From the human T2T-CHM13v2.0 reference genome, Homo sapiens: a stretch of DNA of 64,000 nucleotides. Made by a program: the position numbers and the translations under genes. The notes below the pieces were generated by a model. That model ran no database searches and was not told the DNA's origin. It worked only from the letters and a program-made list of their open reading frames with translations. The stretch lies in NCBI RefSeq assembly GCF_009914755.1, contig NC_060925.1. One strand, given 5' to 3'. Below, in pieces: positions 15,727 through 29,180 of this stretch (positions are counted from its first letter, which is position 1; each line of letters starts with the position of its first letter).

Positions 15727-16886
15727 TGCAAGTAGAAAATAAAATCCTAAGGCCCTCAACCAAATGAACAGACCCCATTTTGGCCAAGGGGATCCCAGAT
15801 AAACCTTAAAAACAGTGCCCAGCTGTGACAGGACAGGAGGTCAGACAAGCCTCATTACACCCCCTCCCTTTTGCGGTTTAGACGCAACAACTGACCAGCA
15901 TTAATGATAAAATAGAGATTACAAGACGGACAGAAGAGGCTCTTTTTGGCAATAAGATACGAAATTATACATAGGACCTAAGGCCATGCCAGGTAAGGGT
16001 TAAGCGTGCACAGTTTATTAAAGAATAAACTATGTTCTCAGATGTGAGGGTGATCTGGCTGCGACACCTGTCACCCCATGGATCATCAGGGTTGATTCGG
16101 CTGATCCGGCTGGCTAGGTGGGTATCCCCTTCCTCCCTCTCTCTCCAAGTACGTCCCTCCCAAAGCTGTGCACTCAAAGAGGATGACCATCCCCGATGGA
16201 GGAGGACCCAGCTTTGGTCAAGGATGTATGAGTAGCCATGCTCCCCTGCTAGAACCTCCAAACAAGCTCTCAAGAATAAGCTATGTTCTGTCATAAGGTT
16301 TTTCTTTTTTTCTAGCAGCTGAACAAGCAATGGCCTCAAGATAAGCAAGATGAAAATAATCATAGCTCCCCGCCAGATGCTGACTGACCCTCTTCCTCCA
16401 GCCACAACTACAGCTTTGACTGGACGAGAAACTGATGGCTGTGACTTTCTCTTGATAAGAGACCACTGACCATGAGCTGGTTCTAGCTGGTTTACAGAGC
16501 TTGTGCACTTGAGTGCCCCCATATCTCTGCTTCACCTTTTGATATATAGGGCCCAACTGTAATACATTTACGTGTTAAGTCTCTGCCTCTAAATGAACAT
16601 GGGTCATATGTAACATGCATGTTTATTCAGTATGCAGGTGTTCATGAACCACCTTCATGAATATTCATAGCTCCTCCTATCATCTGTTGAATATATATAC
16701 TTGGCCAACCCATTCAACATAAATCCCTATTTCACCCTCCCCTCTTGAAGTGCCTACTTTCAGGGTCTGCTGGAGGCTACAGTTCCCAGCCTGTGGGATG
16801 GCCAGTCTACAGGTTGTGACCCCTATTATAAGAAATAAAGGCTCCTTTTCTAAATGTATAAATCTCAGGATTTTTTTCAGTTGATA
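15727..16886 (+). mobile_element. MER4-group solo LTR (MER83/84-like), interrupted by the 7SK retrocopy
   Basis: aaaataaaatcctaaggccctcaacc start, aataaa, cagttgata end; similar to the LTR at 20488. Confidence 0.8.
16040..16274 (+). pseudogene. RN7SKP165: 7SK snRNA retropseudogene, 3'-truncated and tailless
   Basis: gatgtgagggtgatctggctgcgaca...gctagaacctccaaacaagctctcaag matches 7SK nt ~1-240; 18-bp TSD aagaataa(a/g)ctatgttct (16021-16038 / 16272-16289). The copy number is recalled from locus order. Confidence 0.97.
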
Positions 16887-17126
16887 AAATTGAGGCTAAC
16901 TTCCTAAGAGCCATGCACCTCATTGGCTTGTATGAGCATGATAGCTGAACTAAACTGGAGTTCTGTCAGGAGTGGGGAATGCAAAATGGGTGTTGGGTAG
17001 GCGACCAGCAATGTCCACCAGAGATGGGCTCCAGATCCTTCTCATTCTTGGTTGCCCTTGCGAAAATAAGTAGTTCAAAATCTAAGCTGTTGGAACTCTA
17101 AATTATTTTGAGCCTTAAAGAAATCT

Positions 17127-17411
17127 GGCTGGACACGGTGGCTGTGATTCCAGCACTTTGGGAGGCCGAGGCAGGGAGATCACTTGATGACAGGAGTTCG
17201 AGACTAGCCCAGCCAACATAGCGAAGCCCCATCTCTACTAAAAATTCAAAAAATTAGCTAAGCGTGGTGGCACACAGCTGTAATCCCAGCTACTCGGGAG
17301 GCTGAGGCACGAATTGCTTGAACCCAGGAGGCGGAGGTTGCAGTGAGCAAGATTGACCCACCGCACTCCAGTATGGGCGACAGAGGGAAACTCGGTCTCA
17401 GAAAAAAAAAA
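17127..17411 (+). mobile_element. Alu (AluS-like)
   Basis: Sense dimer with A-tail. Confidence 0.95.
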
Positions 17412-17579
17412 GGAATGTAATTATGGAGCCTGAGTCATGTGACAAGCAGCTGTAACCTTTGTTTCTCTGTTTATAGATGAGCCGGCTTCCTTAGCTGCAT
17501 TATTTTGTAAAATGTACGGAATGACTAAAAAGCACCAGGGAAGATCTCCTTTCCTCTTCACTATTGATCTTCATTATAG

Positions 17580-17899
<320 letters not shown>

Positions 17900-18167
17900 T
17901 GTTAGACATACCCTTTTAAATTGGAAAAGAAATGAAAACAAGATGTAGGGAAAAGAAAACAGACTGAAACTAATTGAATTGTTGTAATTCATAAACCAAC
18001 CTTGAATAGAAAATGTAATCCTGTTAAATTTCTTTGTTTTCTGCCTATACAAGCAACCATGTAACTTTTAAATTTGGAACAGTGACCCTATTTCTCTGGC
18101 GTCTGTGTCTCCTGAAGAGCCATTTCCAGTTTTTCCCTTGAATAAACCCTTTAAAATTGGAGTCTAA

Positions 18168-18440
18168 GGCCAGGTGGGGTGCCTCATGCCTGTATTCCCA
18201 ACATTTTCGAAGGCTGAGTTGGGAGGATGATTTGAGGCCAGGAGTTCATGACCAGCTGGGGCAACATAGTGAGATCCTGTCCCTAAAAAAATTTAAAAAT
18301 CAGCCAGATGTGGTGATGCACGCCTGTAATCCTAGCTATTTGGGAGGCCAAGCCCAGGAGGTCAAGGCTGCAGGCAGCTATGATTTCACCACTGCACTCC
18401 AGCATGGGTGACAGAATGAAAAAAAAAAAGAAAAAAAAAA
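18168..18440 (+). mobile_element. Alu (AluJ-like, internally deleted)
   Basis: Sense dimer with A-tail. Confidence 0.92.
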
Positions 18441-19124
18441 GATTCTGATCCTTTTGATTATTTCATGTTGACACCCTCTTCTGCATCTTTTGTTAAAATC
18501 AGCCTTGAATGATGGCCACAACTTGAATACACAGAGAAGGAGGTAGAGAAGGGACCTATTGTGTGAATATGCAAGAATTTCTTAAGAAGTCTGTAGCCCT
18601 GTTGGAGAGGGTGCTCTGACCTGCATAAATGACTATCTGACCACTAGACAAGCATGATTCATCTCATTTTTCCAGCTTGATAAAAATAAGCAACATGACT
18701 ATCCAAGTTCATTCATCTTGTTTCATATTTACCCAATGGTCTTCTTAATTAAATTTCTACAATAGATTTTCTTACTGTGAAGACAATATTCAGACTGGCC
18801 AAAGTAAATTCTCTAACCCTCTTGTCAATTAGATAGTAAATGTCATATTTCTCATTCTAAATTAATAACTAGTCCTTTTTGCTCCTTAAGCAATTTCTTT
18901 GGAATTTTGGTTTAATCAGTTTGTGGCCTGATCGCCCCTGGTGAATTGAGGACATGTTAATCTCCTGAACTAAAGAACTAGAGGAGGAAGTAACATGCTT
19001 TAGCATATCTAAAGAAGTATAAATGCATGCAGTTATCATGATTGTGACTGTTGGCATTAGGTTCTTGGTGACTGTAACAGAGTGACAACAAGCTGGGTGG
19101 ACTCATTCTAAAAACCGTTTCCGC

Positions 19125-19423
19125 TTTTTCTTTTCTTTTTTCTTTTTTTTTTGGGGGGGACAGGGTCTTGCTCTGTCGCCCAGGCTGGAGTGCAGTGATC
19201 TCTGCTCACTGCAGCCTCAACCTCCTGGGCTCAAGCGATCCTCTCACCTCAGCCTCCCAAGTAGCTGGGACTATAAGCGTGCGCCACCACACCCAGCTAA
19301 TTTTTGTGTTTTTTGTAGAGACAAGGTTTCACCATGTTGCCTAGGCTGGTTTCAAACTCCTGGGCTCAAGCAATTCCCCTGCCTTGTTTCTCAAAATGTT
19401 GGCATGAGCCACGGCACTGGGCC
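19125..19423 (-). mobile_element. Alu (AluJb-like)
   Basis: Antisense dimer; gtttcc flanks. Confidence 0.94.
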
Positions 19424-20487
19424 TGTTTCCTTTTTTTAATCTATACAAACCTGGTTGGCCAAGGTGACAATTAATAAATTAACAGGTAAGAAGACTGTGC
19501 GAGAGACATTTGGACATTTTCTAGGGACATGTTGCAAAGTGGGGAGGTGGTGTGGAAGCTGGTGTAAACTACAGTCCTTGGAACTCTGTCCTATGGCCTG
19601 GACCCGTTCGAATTAGCTTAGCTGCCTTGTGAGGGCAACTGTGGGTATAGGAAAATGTGAGCTACTGTATACCACCTTTGCTTAGTAAGTAAATGAGCAT
19701 TTATTAATCATTGCCTGTGTGAACATGAGAAAATATGGAAATAGCATGAATATACAAACATCATATTATCAGAACTTCTGGGTTTGACAGAAAAACGACA
19801 CTAATTCCTTTAGAAATAGAATTCCTATTTGCTTATTTAACAGGTCTGTTGTTACTTTAGGCACAGCTAGATTCAGTTGCTCCGATAAGGTTCTCAAGGT
19901 GTCCTCTCCCTCTTTCCATCTGGTCTATCCCACCCCTGCTTGTATGCAGGTGCTATGGCTGCCACCTGGACTCACAGTCTCCTGGCTTGACAACTCCAGT
20001 TGAAAGAAAACAAGTCTTAGTCTTACCCAATGTTTATAAATTAATTCCAGAGAAGCCTATGATTGGCTATAATTAGGTCACATGTCTTTTTCTAAACCAA
20101 TCACTATAGCAGGAGCATGAGGTACAACGATTGGCCCATTCTGGGTCAGCCCTACCCAGACCATATAGGATTGTGCTAGAGGACATGTTCTGCCATTATC
20201 ATCCAGATCATTTGAGTCCCTGTGCAGTTGCCTGCGGAAGATCTCATGCTAGTGATGTAGGAAGCCAGACATGGTCCCTGTACTCCACATGTTTACAAGC
20301 TCTGTCTTTGGCTGGGGGACTATGCGATTAGGGTCTGGTTTATTCCCCACTCGTGAAGGGGCTTGTTGAGAAGGGGGAGTTTGAAAAGCACTGAGAGACA
20401 TGGCATTGCTCTTAGAGGTTTGGTTGTGTTCTAAGGGACATTAAAGTATGTTTGTGTAGAGGAAAAATAAGAACTATGACACAACGT

Positions 20488-21166
20488 TGAGAAATAAAAT
20501 CCTAAGCCCCTCAACTGACTGAAGAGACCTCCTCTTGGCCAAGGAACCCCAGAGTAACCTTGAAAACTGAGTTCTCAGCCATGATGGAATGGGGGACTCA
20601 ACACCTTGTTATACTCCCTCCCTTGTTAATCACCATTAGGCTTTCTTCCGAGGGCTGAACAGAAACCAGCCCTTTCAAAAGATTCCACACTGATATCAAC
20701 CAACCACCTGATGCTGCCCCTCTTTTTTTGCCTGATAAGAGACCACCAACCACAGAGTGGTCTTGGCCAGTCTACGGAGAATGCTCAGTGAGGGTCTTCA
20801 TGTCCTCTGCTTCACCTTTTGATGTCAGAGGGTAGAAAACTCCACCCCCAGATCATGCTAACACAGCCATTTTTTTGTACATGGGTCCTACGAAAGGGTA
20901 TGAAGCTCAGTTGTGCATGAGCACGTTTTTCCTTCCATAAATATTCATGACTCCTCCTCTAGCTTACTGAATATGTATAATCAGCCACCCTGCTCAGCAT
21001 AAATTCCTGACCCCTCTGCCCCTCCCTTGGAGTATCTGTTTCTGGCTTCTGACTGGAGGCTATGCTTCCCAATCTGTCAGAATGACTACCCTGCAGGCTA
21101 CAGCCCTTTATGAGAAATAAGGCTCTCCTTTCTAATTGTATGAACCTCAACATTCTTCAGTTGACA
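20488..21166 (+). mobile_element. MER4-group solo LTR (MER83/84-like)
   Basis: tgagaaataaaatcctaagcccc start, cagttgaca end; related to the LTR at 15727. Confidence 0.8.
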
Positions 21167-22174
21167 ATACCAACCCATGAGAGCTGTCTGCATCCCAAGG
21201 AAGGGTATCTCAGCTACATCAATATATTAGGGTGGCCTAATTTGCATGTCTGCAAAACCCACCACCAGATGTGTGGGGGTGACAGAGGCAGCAAGCACAA
21301 TGATCAAATCTAGGATCATTGTAATTAACTTTCACATACAACCCATGATAGCAAGGGTGTGAACAGCAGGACCCCTACAGACACCAATCTCAGAGAGGGA
21401 ATCCCACCATAGCGTAGAAGAATGTGCATCTCTCATAGCTTGGTGGCACTTGCTCTCACTGCAAGATGCATGCCATCCTCTGCTAAATTAGCTAAACTAA
21501 CACCTGAAGGTTCTGGACATTCTCTGAAGAAAGTCTTCATACCGGGTCCAATGCACAGGTTAGCCTACACAGCTGTGGGGTAGGGAGAACAGCTGTGTTA
21601 CAAGTGACCAAAAGGAACCCTTGCAGACACCCCCCTGGAAGTTAAGGTTCTGAGTGACCTTTCACTTTTATTCCTCAAAGGAATGTGTGTGCATTTTAAA
21701 TAAAGAGTTCATTTAGATAATTTTATACTGGAAATCTTTATGTTGAACAATCCTATAACAAATATAAGTACAGTCATTTGAAAAGCCTGCCTCTTGCTGG
21801 GCTCCACTAATTACTATATCAAAGCCAGTGATTGTAGCCAGGGCTCCTGAAGGTTCACCTGTATCAGGCCCCTCTGATTTGACAACCCCCAGTTGAGGCC
21901 CCATGCTACATCCACTTGGCCCAGTGAGGGAGTGAAGAGGAGGATTCTTGAACTTCATCAGCACTCCCTGGGGAGAACAAAGGCTGTTAGGTAGGGGCTG
22001 GCTAGTTCACCCTCAGCACTACCCTAGAGTCCACACGTTCCCTGCACAGGATGCCCAGCAATGCCAAGTTCAAGGTCATTTATTTCCCTCAGTGTTCCTG
22101 GGGGCTGAGGGCAAAGCTTGACTTCCCTACCTGCTTCCACACACCTGGATAATGAAGGTCTGTACCTCCTACAG

Positions 22175-22479
22175 TTTTTTTGTTTGTTTGTTTTTATTGT
22201 AGAGACAGGGTCTTGCTGTGTCACACAGGCTGGAGTGTAGTAGCGTGATCATAACTCACCGCAGCCTCCAACTCTCAGGCTCAAGCAGTCCTCCTGCCTC
22301 AGCCTCTCAAGCAGCTGGGACTATAGGAATGCTACAGTGCCTGACTAATTTAAAAAACATTTTGTAGAGATGAGGTCTTGTTACGTTGGCCAGGCTGTTC
22401 TTGAACTCTTGGCCTCAATCCTCCCACCTTGTCCTCCCAAAGTGCTGGGATTACCGGCATGAACCATGGAACACCAGCC
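22175..22479 (-). mobile_element. Alu (AluJ-like)
   Basis: TSD acagttttt. Confidence 0.93.
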
Positions 22480-24410
22480 TCACAGTTTTTACTACTCTTC
22501 TCAGATATTGCTCAGAAGAGATGGAGGCATTTAGGCTATCTGTCCCATTTGTCTTTCTCTCCAGGCCATAGAGTAGGGTAAAGGGGCCATCATTTCAGAT
22601 CTGAGGGCACTGAGGCACTGAAGGGGAGGAGCTGGGCCATGGTCACGGTCAGGTGGTGGTGATGGCTGAACCGAATCGCTGAGCCATCTAAACCTCATCA
22701 CCCACCACCCAACAAAGAGAGAGGGAGAACTCCCATTTCCAGTGGGCAGTCTTTTACAGAAAGCTCTTTGTTGCCGAAGGAAGTTTCTGAATAGCAGAAA
22801 ATAGCCTTCTGGACTTGGTCAAGACCTGCTCTCAGGACAGTGGCCCAGGGTGGGCTGACTTGGGGGAGTCTCCCTGGGTGCTTTATCAGCACTTCCCTGC
22901 ACTGTACCCTATTAGCTCACACTCTCTTACCGAGAGCAAATTACAGACAGCATACTGTGGAAGGAAAGAGGTTTATAGATTCTAGCACTGTAGAACCCCT
23001 TTTCTGTTTTTAATAGTATTAGGACTTAGAAAAGAGGATAGCACACTTCAGGGCTTGTTGGATTGGCTATTTTTACTTCTCCTTTGTTAGATTTTAAGCT
23101 TGCAGAACATTTTACCTTCGTAATAGTCATAATAATCCTAATGCCATCAGTTTGCCTGTGCGGGGTGTCTTTTCTTTTAGAGCAGCCTCACTTTCATCGT
23201 CTCATTTGAACAATCCTGGTAATCCTCTCTGAAGCCTCTCTAGGGGATCTACAGCCAGCACTTCTGGGGCTCTTTGAGGCCCAGGAGGCAGGGCCTGGGC
23301 CAGGGTGGGGGATATGTAATTTGTAATTTGACAAGAGCAGATTCTTCCCTAGAGTTCTCTGCTCCAGCCCAGCACAGGGCCTCTGGCTGAGTGTTGGCAG
23401 CTTAACAAGCCAAGACATATCTTTCTTCTTATGTCCTTAAATCCTTCAGGGTAAGGGTTGTGAGGCTCCTGCCTCATGGTTTGTTAGATGATGTATCTAT
23501 TCTGGGGGCTGAGTGTCTGTTACCATGTGAGGCTAGCTGTGCAGGGCCCACCAGGACAATGTCGCTAAGACCTTGGGCTGCAGGGGAAGAGAGGGTGAGG
23601 GGCCGGGGCAGGACTGCCCACCTGTCCACCCCTGCATACTCACTGCTGACGGTGGGCACAGGAGCACCCGACTGGAATACTGATGAGACAGGCCTGGGCC
23701 AGGCCCTGACTCTGGGCCCTGTCAGGCTCCTAAGGGAAAGCCAAATGAGCAAGTTCAAGTAGAAGGTGTTGAAGAAATCGATGGAGAAAACAAAGAATTC
23801 TTTAAGGGCATTTTTGAAAGCAGGTAGGGTTTTTGTTTTTTTGTTTTTTTTCTCATTTTTGAAAGTAGGTGGCTAGGGAGGCAAGTGCACTGGGAGACAG
23901 TGACAGGTTCAGATGAGGCTGTACTTGCTGGGTGATGGCCAGGATTCATGCACAGGGATCACAAAAGTGGCTGTCAGGCACATGGGGACAAAAGCAGGCT
24001 TTTCCTGGCCCAGGACGAGGGGCAGGATTTGAGGGTGGGTGGGGAAGAGATAGAAGTGACTGTCTCAAAGCCTGTGAAGAAATATGCTAGTCATATGCAA
24101 ATCAGGTACAAATGAACTTGAGACCTCATTTCACACACATCTTTGACCCTGGGGAAAAGTCTTAAATGAGATCAAGATTTTCTCTGGAGCAGAGGCTGGC
24201 AGGGATTAAGGGGTGGTGGGTACCTCTGTGGTCTGCCCAAGTGGCTCCTGTCACTGGTCAGCTACAACTGGGCCATCGGCTGGGCTGGGATGTTTTCTCG
24301 GAAAATTTCATTGTTGGGTTAATAAAGGCCCATTCGTGTTCTGTTCTGGTTCCCCATTTGGCAGAGCAGCCGTGGCAGGGGAGGCCCCAGGCCAAATGGA
24401 CAATAAGGCT

Positions 24411-24447
24411 CGTGTGTGTGTGTGTGTGTGCTGCACACGTGTGTGTG
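24411..24447. repeat. Imperfect (TG)n microsatellite
   Basis: Seen directly. Confidence 0.85.
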
Positions 24448-24590
24448 GCTATTTATGGTTACAGCCTGGTCTATACAGCTCTGTGCCCTGCTTGTTAGGC
24501 TGTGCTGAATGGTGCAAAAAACTCTTACTTAGGAGTCCAAATAGGTGGGCTGAAGCCGCAGTCCCATCACTTCTGAGCCAGACTGGGGCT

Positions 24591-24630
24591 GGCCTTTCTA
24601 TCATGAGCCTGGCCTTTCTATCATGAGCCT
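24591..24630. repeat. Exact 20-bp tandem duplication
   Basis: ggcctttctatcatgagcct twice. Confidence 0.95.
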
Positions 24631-25039
24631 GAGTGTTTCAGGTAGAAGTAGACATAGTGAGTCATTCCTTCCCTTGACAGCATCTTTAAGGGATAAAGAC
24701 TAAAACTCCCTCCCTTTCCTCTCCAACCCTTTTCCCCAGACGTTAGAGAGATTTGGATAATGCATAAGAATACTTGAAGTTCTTGGAGAAGCTGTTATTA
24801 CATTTCCTTTGTCAACTTCCATGGCTGCAAAGCACTTTAAGATAATAATAAAGACAGCAATAACAACTTGTACTTATAGAGGGCTTCTGCTTTCAGGGAA
24901 CCTCTACCCTATTATTGCATTTTAAACAGTCACAGGATTCCACTAGATGACCAAGTTTTGGGATTTTTTTAAACCCACAGTTGATCTATTCAGCAATTGA
25001 AGAACATTTGGGTTGTTTCCAATTTTTTCTTTCTTTTAT

Positions 25040-25190
25040 TATTATTTTAATTGATACATAATAATTGTACATATTGATGAGGTACAGTGTGATATTTTGA
25101 TACATGTACACAATGTGTAATGATCAAATCAGGGTAATTAGCATATACATCATCTCAAGCCTTTATCATTTCTTTGTGCTGGGAACAATG
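25040..25190 (-). mobile_element. L1MA 3' end fragment
   Basis: ttgatacataataattgtacatatt...aatgatcaaatcagggtaattagcatat. Confidence 0.85.
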
Positions 25191-25763
25191 GCAAGTTGTT
25201 TTGGGGAAGGGCCAGCAGTTCCGGAGGTTTACTGGGTCCCAGGCACTGTGCTGGCGCTTCACACGTGTTCTTATTTAATTTCCACAGCCTCAGACCTGGT
25301 TACCAGGATACCTGGACACCTCTCACCTGGTGTCAGGAGCCCAATTTGTCAGAGGAAGAAAATGAGATTCAGAGAGATTAAATGTTCTTGCCTCACCTCA
25401 AGTCACTTTTTTGCAAAGTGGCAGATATAATTAATCAATACAAATAAAAGCCACTCACCCAAGGCAACCTTGTAGAATCCTCGACCCCCACAGTTCTGAC
25501 TTGGAGCTGGGTCGCATCTGAAGATGCACTTACAGAAACAGAGTAAATAATTGAAGAGTAATTTTCAGCCTTGAATCTTCTGAAGAACGTTTAGGAGGAT
25601 CCAATTTCTAATTCCCAGCTGTATCTCTAGTCACTCCCGTTTCACCCTCTAATTCCAGTCCCCTGATACTCTCTGGAACTCCACGTTCACCCCAAAACTG
25701 CTACCCTCCTCTGGCCCAGCCACCTTTTACTCCCCGTTTTTTCTTTTCTCTTTTGTATTCTTC

Positions 25764-26078
25764 TTTTTAAAATATTTATTTATTTATTTAATTTTTTTAG
25801 ACAGAGTCTCATTCTGTTGCCCAGGCTGGAGTTTAGTGGTGCAATCTTGGCTCACTGAAACCTCTGCTTCCGGGTTCAAGCGATTCTCCTGCCTCAGTCT
25901 CCCAAGTAGCTGGGACTACAGGCACATGCCACCATGCCCGACCAATTTTTGTATTTTTAGTAGACACAGGGTTTCACCATGTTGACCAGGCTGGTCTTCA
26001 ACTCCTGACTTCAGGTGATCCACCTGCCTTGGCCTCCCAAAGTGCTGGGATTACATGTGTGAACCACTGCACCCGGCC
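25764..26078 (-). mobile_element. Alu (AluSx/Sz-like)
   Basis: Antisense dimer. Confidence 0.95.
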
Positions 26079-26712
26079 AGCTGCGGTGTCTTCATGGAGG
26101 TGTTGAACATACCAACTGTGCGCCTGCTATGGATAGTGTAAGAGGGCCACACGTATCCTCTGCTGACCTGTTGCTGAGACACATCCCTCATTCCTCACCT
26201 CCAACAGCTGCCCCTCCAGGCAGGGCCGTGGATCTCCCCCTACTACACATACGCGCGTGCACGCACACACGGCCTCCACCCCAAGAGCCAAGCCTACCTT
26301 TGGAGGTCACCTTTTCCTTCTCTTTCTGCAGATTGACTTAGCCTCTCTCTCGCCCTCTGTCCCCATCTCCCAGGGCTTGTCTAGACTTTCTGGGTACCTC
26401 CTCAGATTCCTTCTGCAGCACAGGAAACCTCATTGCTAGCCTCAGGGACTGTCACAGAGAATGGCAGATTCTGCTGGCAATTACAGGCTCTCTGGGGCTT
26501 AGAGGAGGGGGCCTCTGTGAGGATTTCCCGCATCAATTTCAGTTGAGAGATTCATTCAAATCCAGATGTCTTTGACTTAACACTTAGGGTCTCCTCATTG
26601 TCCTCAGGACCCCTGTATTTATGGAGCAGCTGTGGTATGCTCAGTGCAGGCCTGGGAAGGAAGAAAACGGAGAAAGCAAGCCGCAAGAAGGACATTAGAA
26701 GGACATTGTTTC

Positions 26713-27003
26713 TTTTCTTTTCTTTCTTTTTTTTTTTCTTTTTTTTTGAGACAGGGTCTTGCTCTGTCACCCAGGCTGGAGTGCAGTGGCATAATCACGG
26801 CTTCGCAGCTCACTGCAGCCTCGACCTCCTGGGCTCATGGGACCACAGGTGCACACCATCACAACCGGCTAATTAATTTTTTTTTAAGAGATGGGGTCTC
26901 ATTGTGTTGTCCAGGCTAGTCTCAAACTCCTAGGCTCAAGTAAACGTCCTGCCTCAGCCTCCCAAAATGCTGGGATTACAGGCATGAGCCACCACACCTC
27001 GCC
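26713..27003 (-). mobile_element. Alu (AluJ-like)
   Basis: TSD gacattgtttct. Confidence 0.94.
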
Positions 27004-27701
27004 AAGACATTGTTTCTGTTCTCAAGAATTTCCCATCTAGTTGGGAACCCAAGGCTAACACTGATGCGAATATAAATAAAAATAATCTCCTCTATTTGTC
27101 TAGCACTCCACAGTCTACAGAGTGTTTTAACATAGTTCTGTTTTTCTCAGCCATTCCCCAGGAGCAGTCCCTAGTAGCCCAGGCACAGGATGGCAGAGGA
27201 TGGTGATTTTTCTCTGAGGTGGTATCGCCCAGTGCAGCTTGTGTGCAGGTTTCAAATCTCTCTAAAGTCTGCTGTTGTCTTAAATACTTGTGGGGATTTC
27301 TTGTTCTACTCCATGCTGAACCTGTGTTGGCATAAATATAATAATAATGTGCTAAATTGTTTTCCTTGGAGTAAAACTGAGGTTCCTGCTGATCCTTTAG
27401 TTTGAGACAGGAAGATACCCCCGCTAACCTCAGCCCAGGGCGGATGCTTACTACTGTTTGAGATGCACGTGATCGCCCAACGACTCCCTGGGTAAAGGAT
27501 GACTCCTCCCATGTAAACAAGACAACTAGTTCGCAGAGCGAAGAGACCAGCTCAGTTCCCCTGGCTCAAAGGGGATGGGGCTGGCCGTTCAGTCCAGGTC
27601 TTCTGGTAGAAGGCTCTTTGCACGTGCCACCCAGCCTGATGGGCAGGGAGCCACAGCTCTGGTCTCGGTGGGTGTAACTAACCAAGAAGAGCTTTAATGT
27701 A

Positions 27702-27720
27702 AGGTCTGTAGGGGGCGCTG
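27702..27720 (+). promoter_or_regulatory. Candidate CTCF site
   Basis: aggtctgtAGGGGGCGCTG matches the CTCF core; lies in unique, relatively CpG-retaining sequence. Confidence 0.5.
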
Positions 27721-28072
27721 CCAGGGCTGCCATGGAAGAGGGCTCTTTTTTCCTCCGTCTAACACAGGAAGTTGAGCAGGGCATATTCTTTCGCTGAGTA
27801 ACGGGGAGTCAGTGACTTTTTCTTCCGTGGTAAGGTACATTTGCAAAGATAAAAAGCCCTCAGCCATTTGGTTTTGATCATCTCAGGAGCTGCCAATGGG
27901 CTTCCAGAAGCTTGAGTGGCAGCCGTAGAATGGAGCCTGCCTCACTTTCCCCCCATGGCTCTGGCCGCCTGACCTTATCCTCTGCAGTCAACAACCCTCA
28001 GCCACATAAACAGTCCCAGGTGCTGGTTCACCAGCTGCTGGCTGGGCCCAACAACTGCTTCAGGTGTGCTTT

Positions 28073-28754
<682 letters not shown>

Positions 28755-29180
28755 TGTTGAAGGCAAATGTTTGGTGGAGGCCCTTTTACTCAACCTCTGC
28801 TTAGCACAGTCACCTAACTGACCTTCACTCTCAGGCCCTCTGTAAAAGATAACTGCCCACAGCCTACGGGCACCTGGCATGCTTTTGCTTCCATAGTTGA
28901 TATGAATTATTTCTTACCAAGAATTCATTGTTCCCAAACCTGATTATGCCAGTTGGACTTGTTACTACACTTACATAATTTAATTGAATTAATATGTATA
29001 ACGTGAGTGCAAAAAATTTTCTTGGAAAACTAACCTAAAAGCTTTCAGAGGATTTAATAAAGGCAAGTCAAATCACACACACACAAATTAGATGTGGATG
29101 AGAGAATCGAAAAGATTGGGGAAAAGATACTAAAAAACTAGGCTTCTGAACTGGGATTGCCTCATAAGTGTCTTCACCAT

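Noticed and set aside
15965-16522. Longest ORF in the window (185 aa, minus strand)
   Set aside because: Antisense read through an LTR and the 7SK copy; no protein-like features
26243-26271. Alternating purine/pyrimidine run with palindrome gcgtgcacgc
   Set aside because: Short and common; no supporting context
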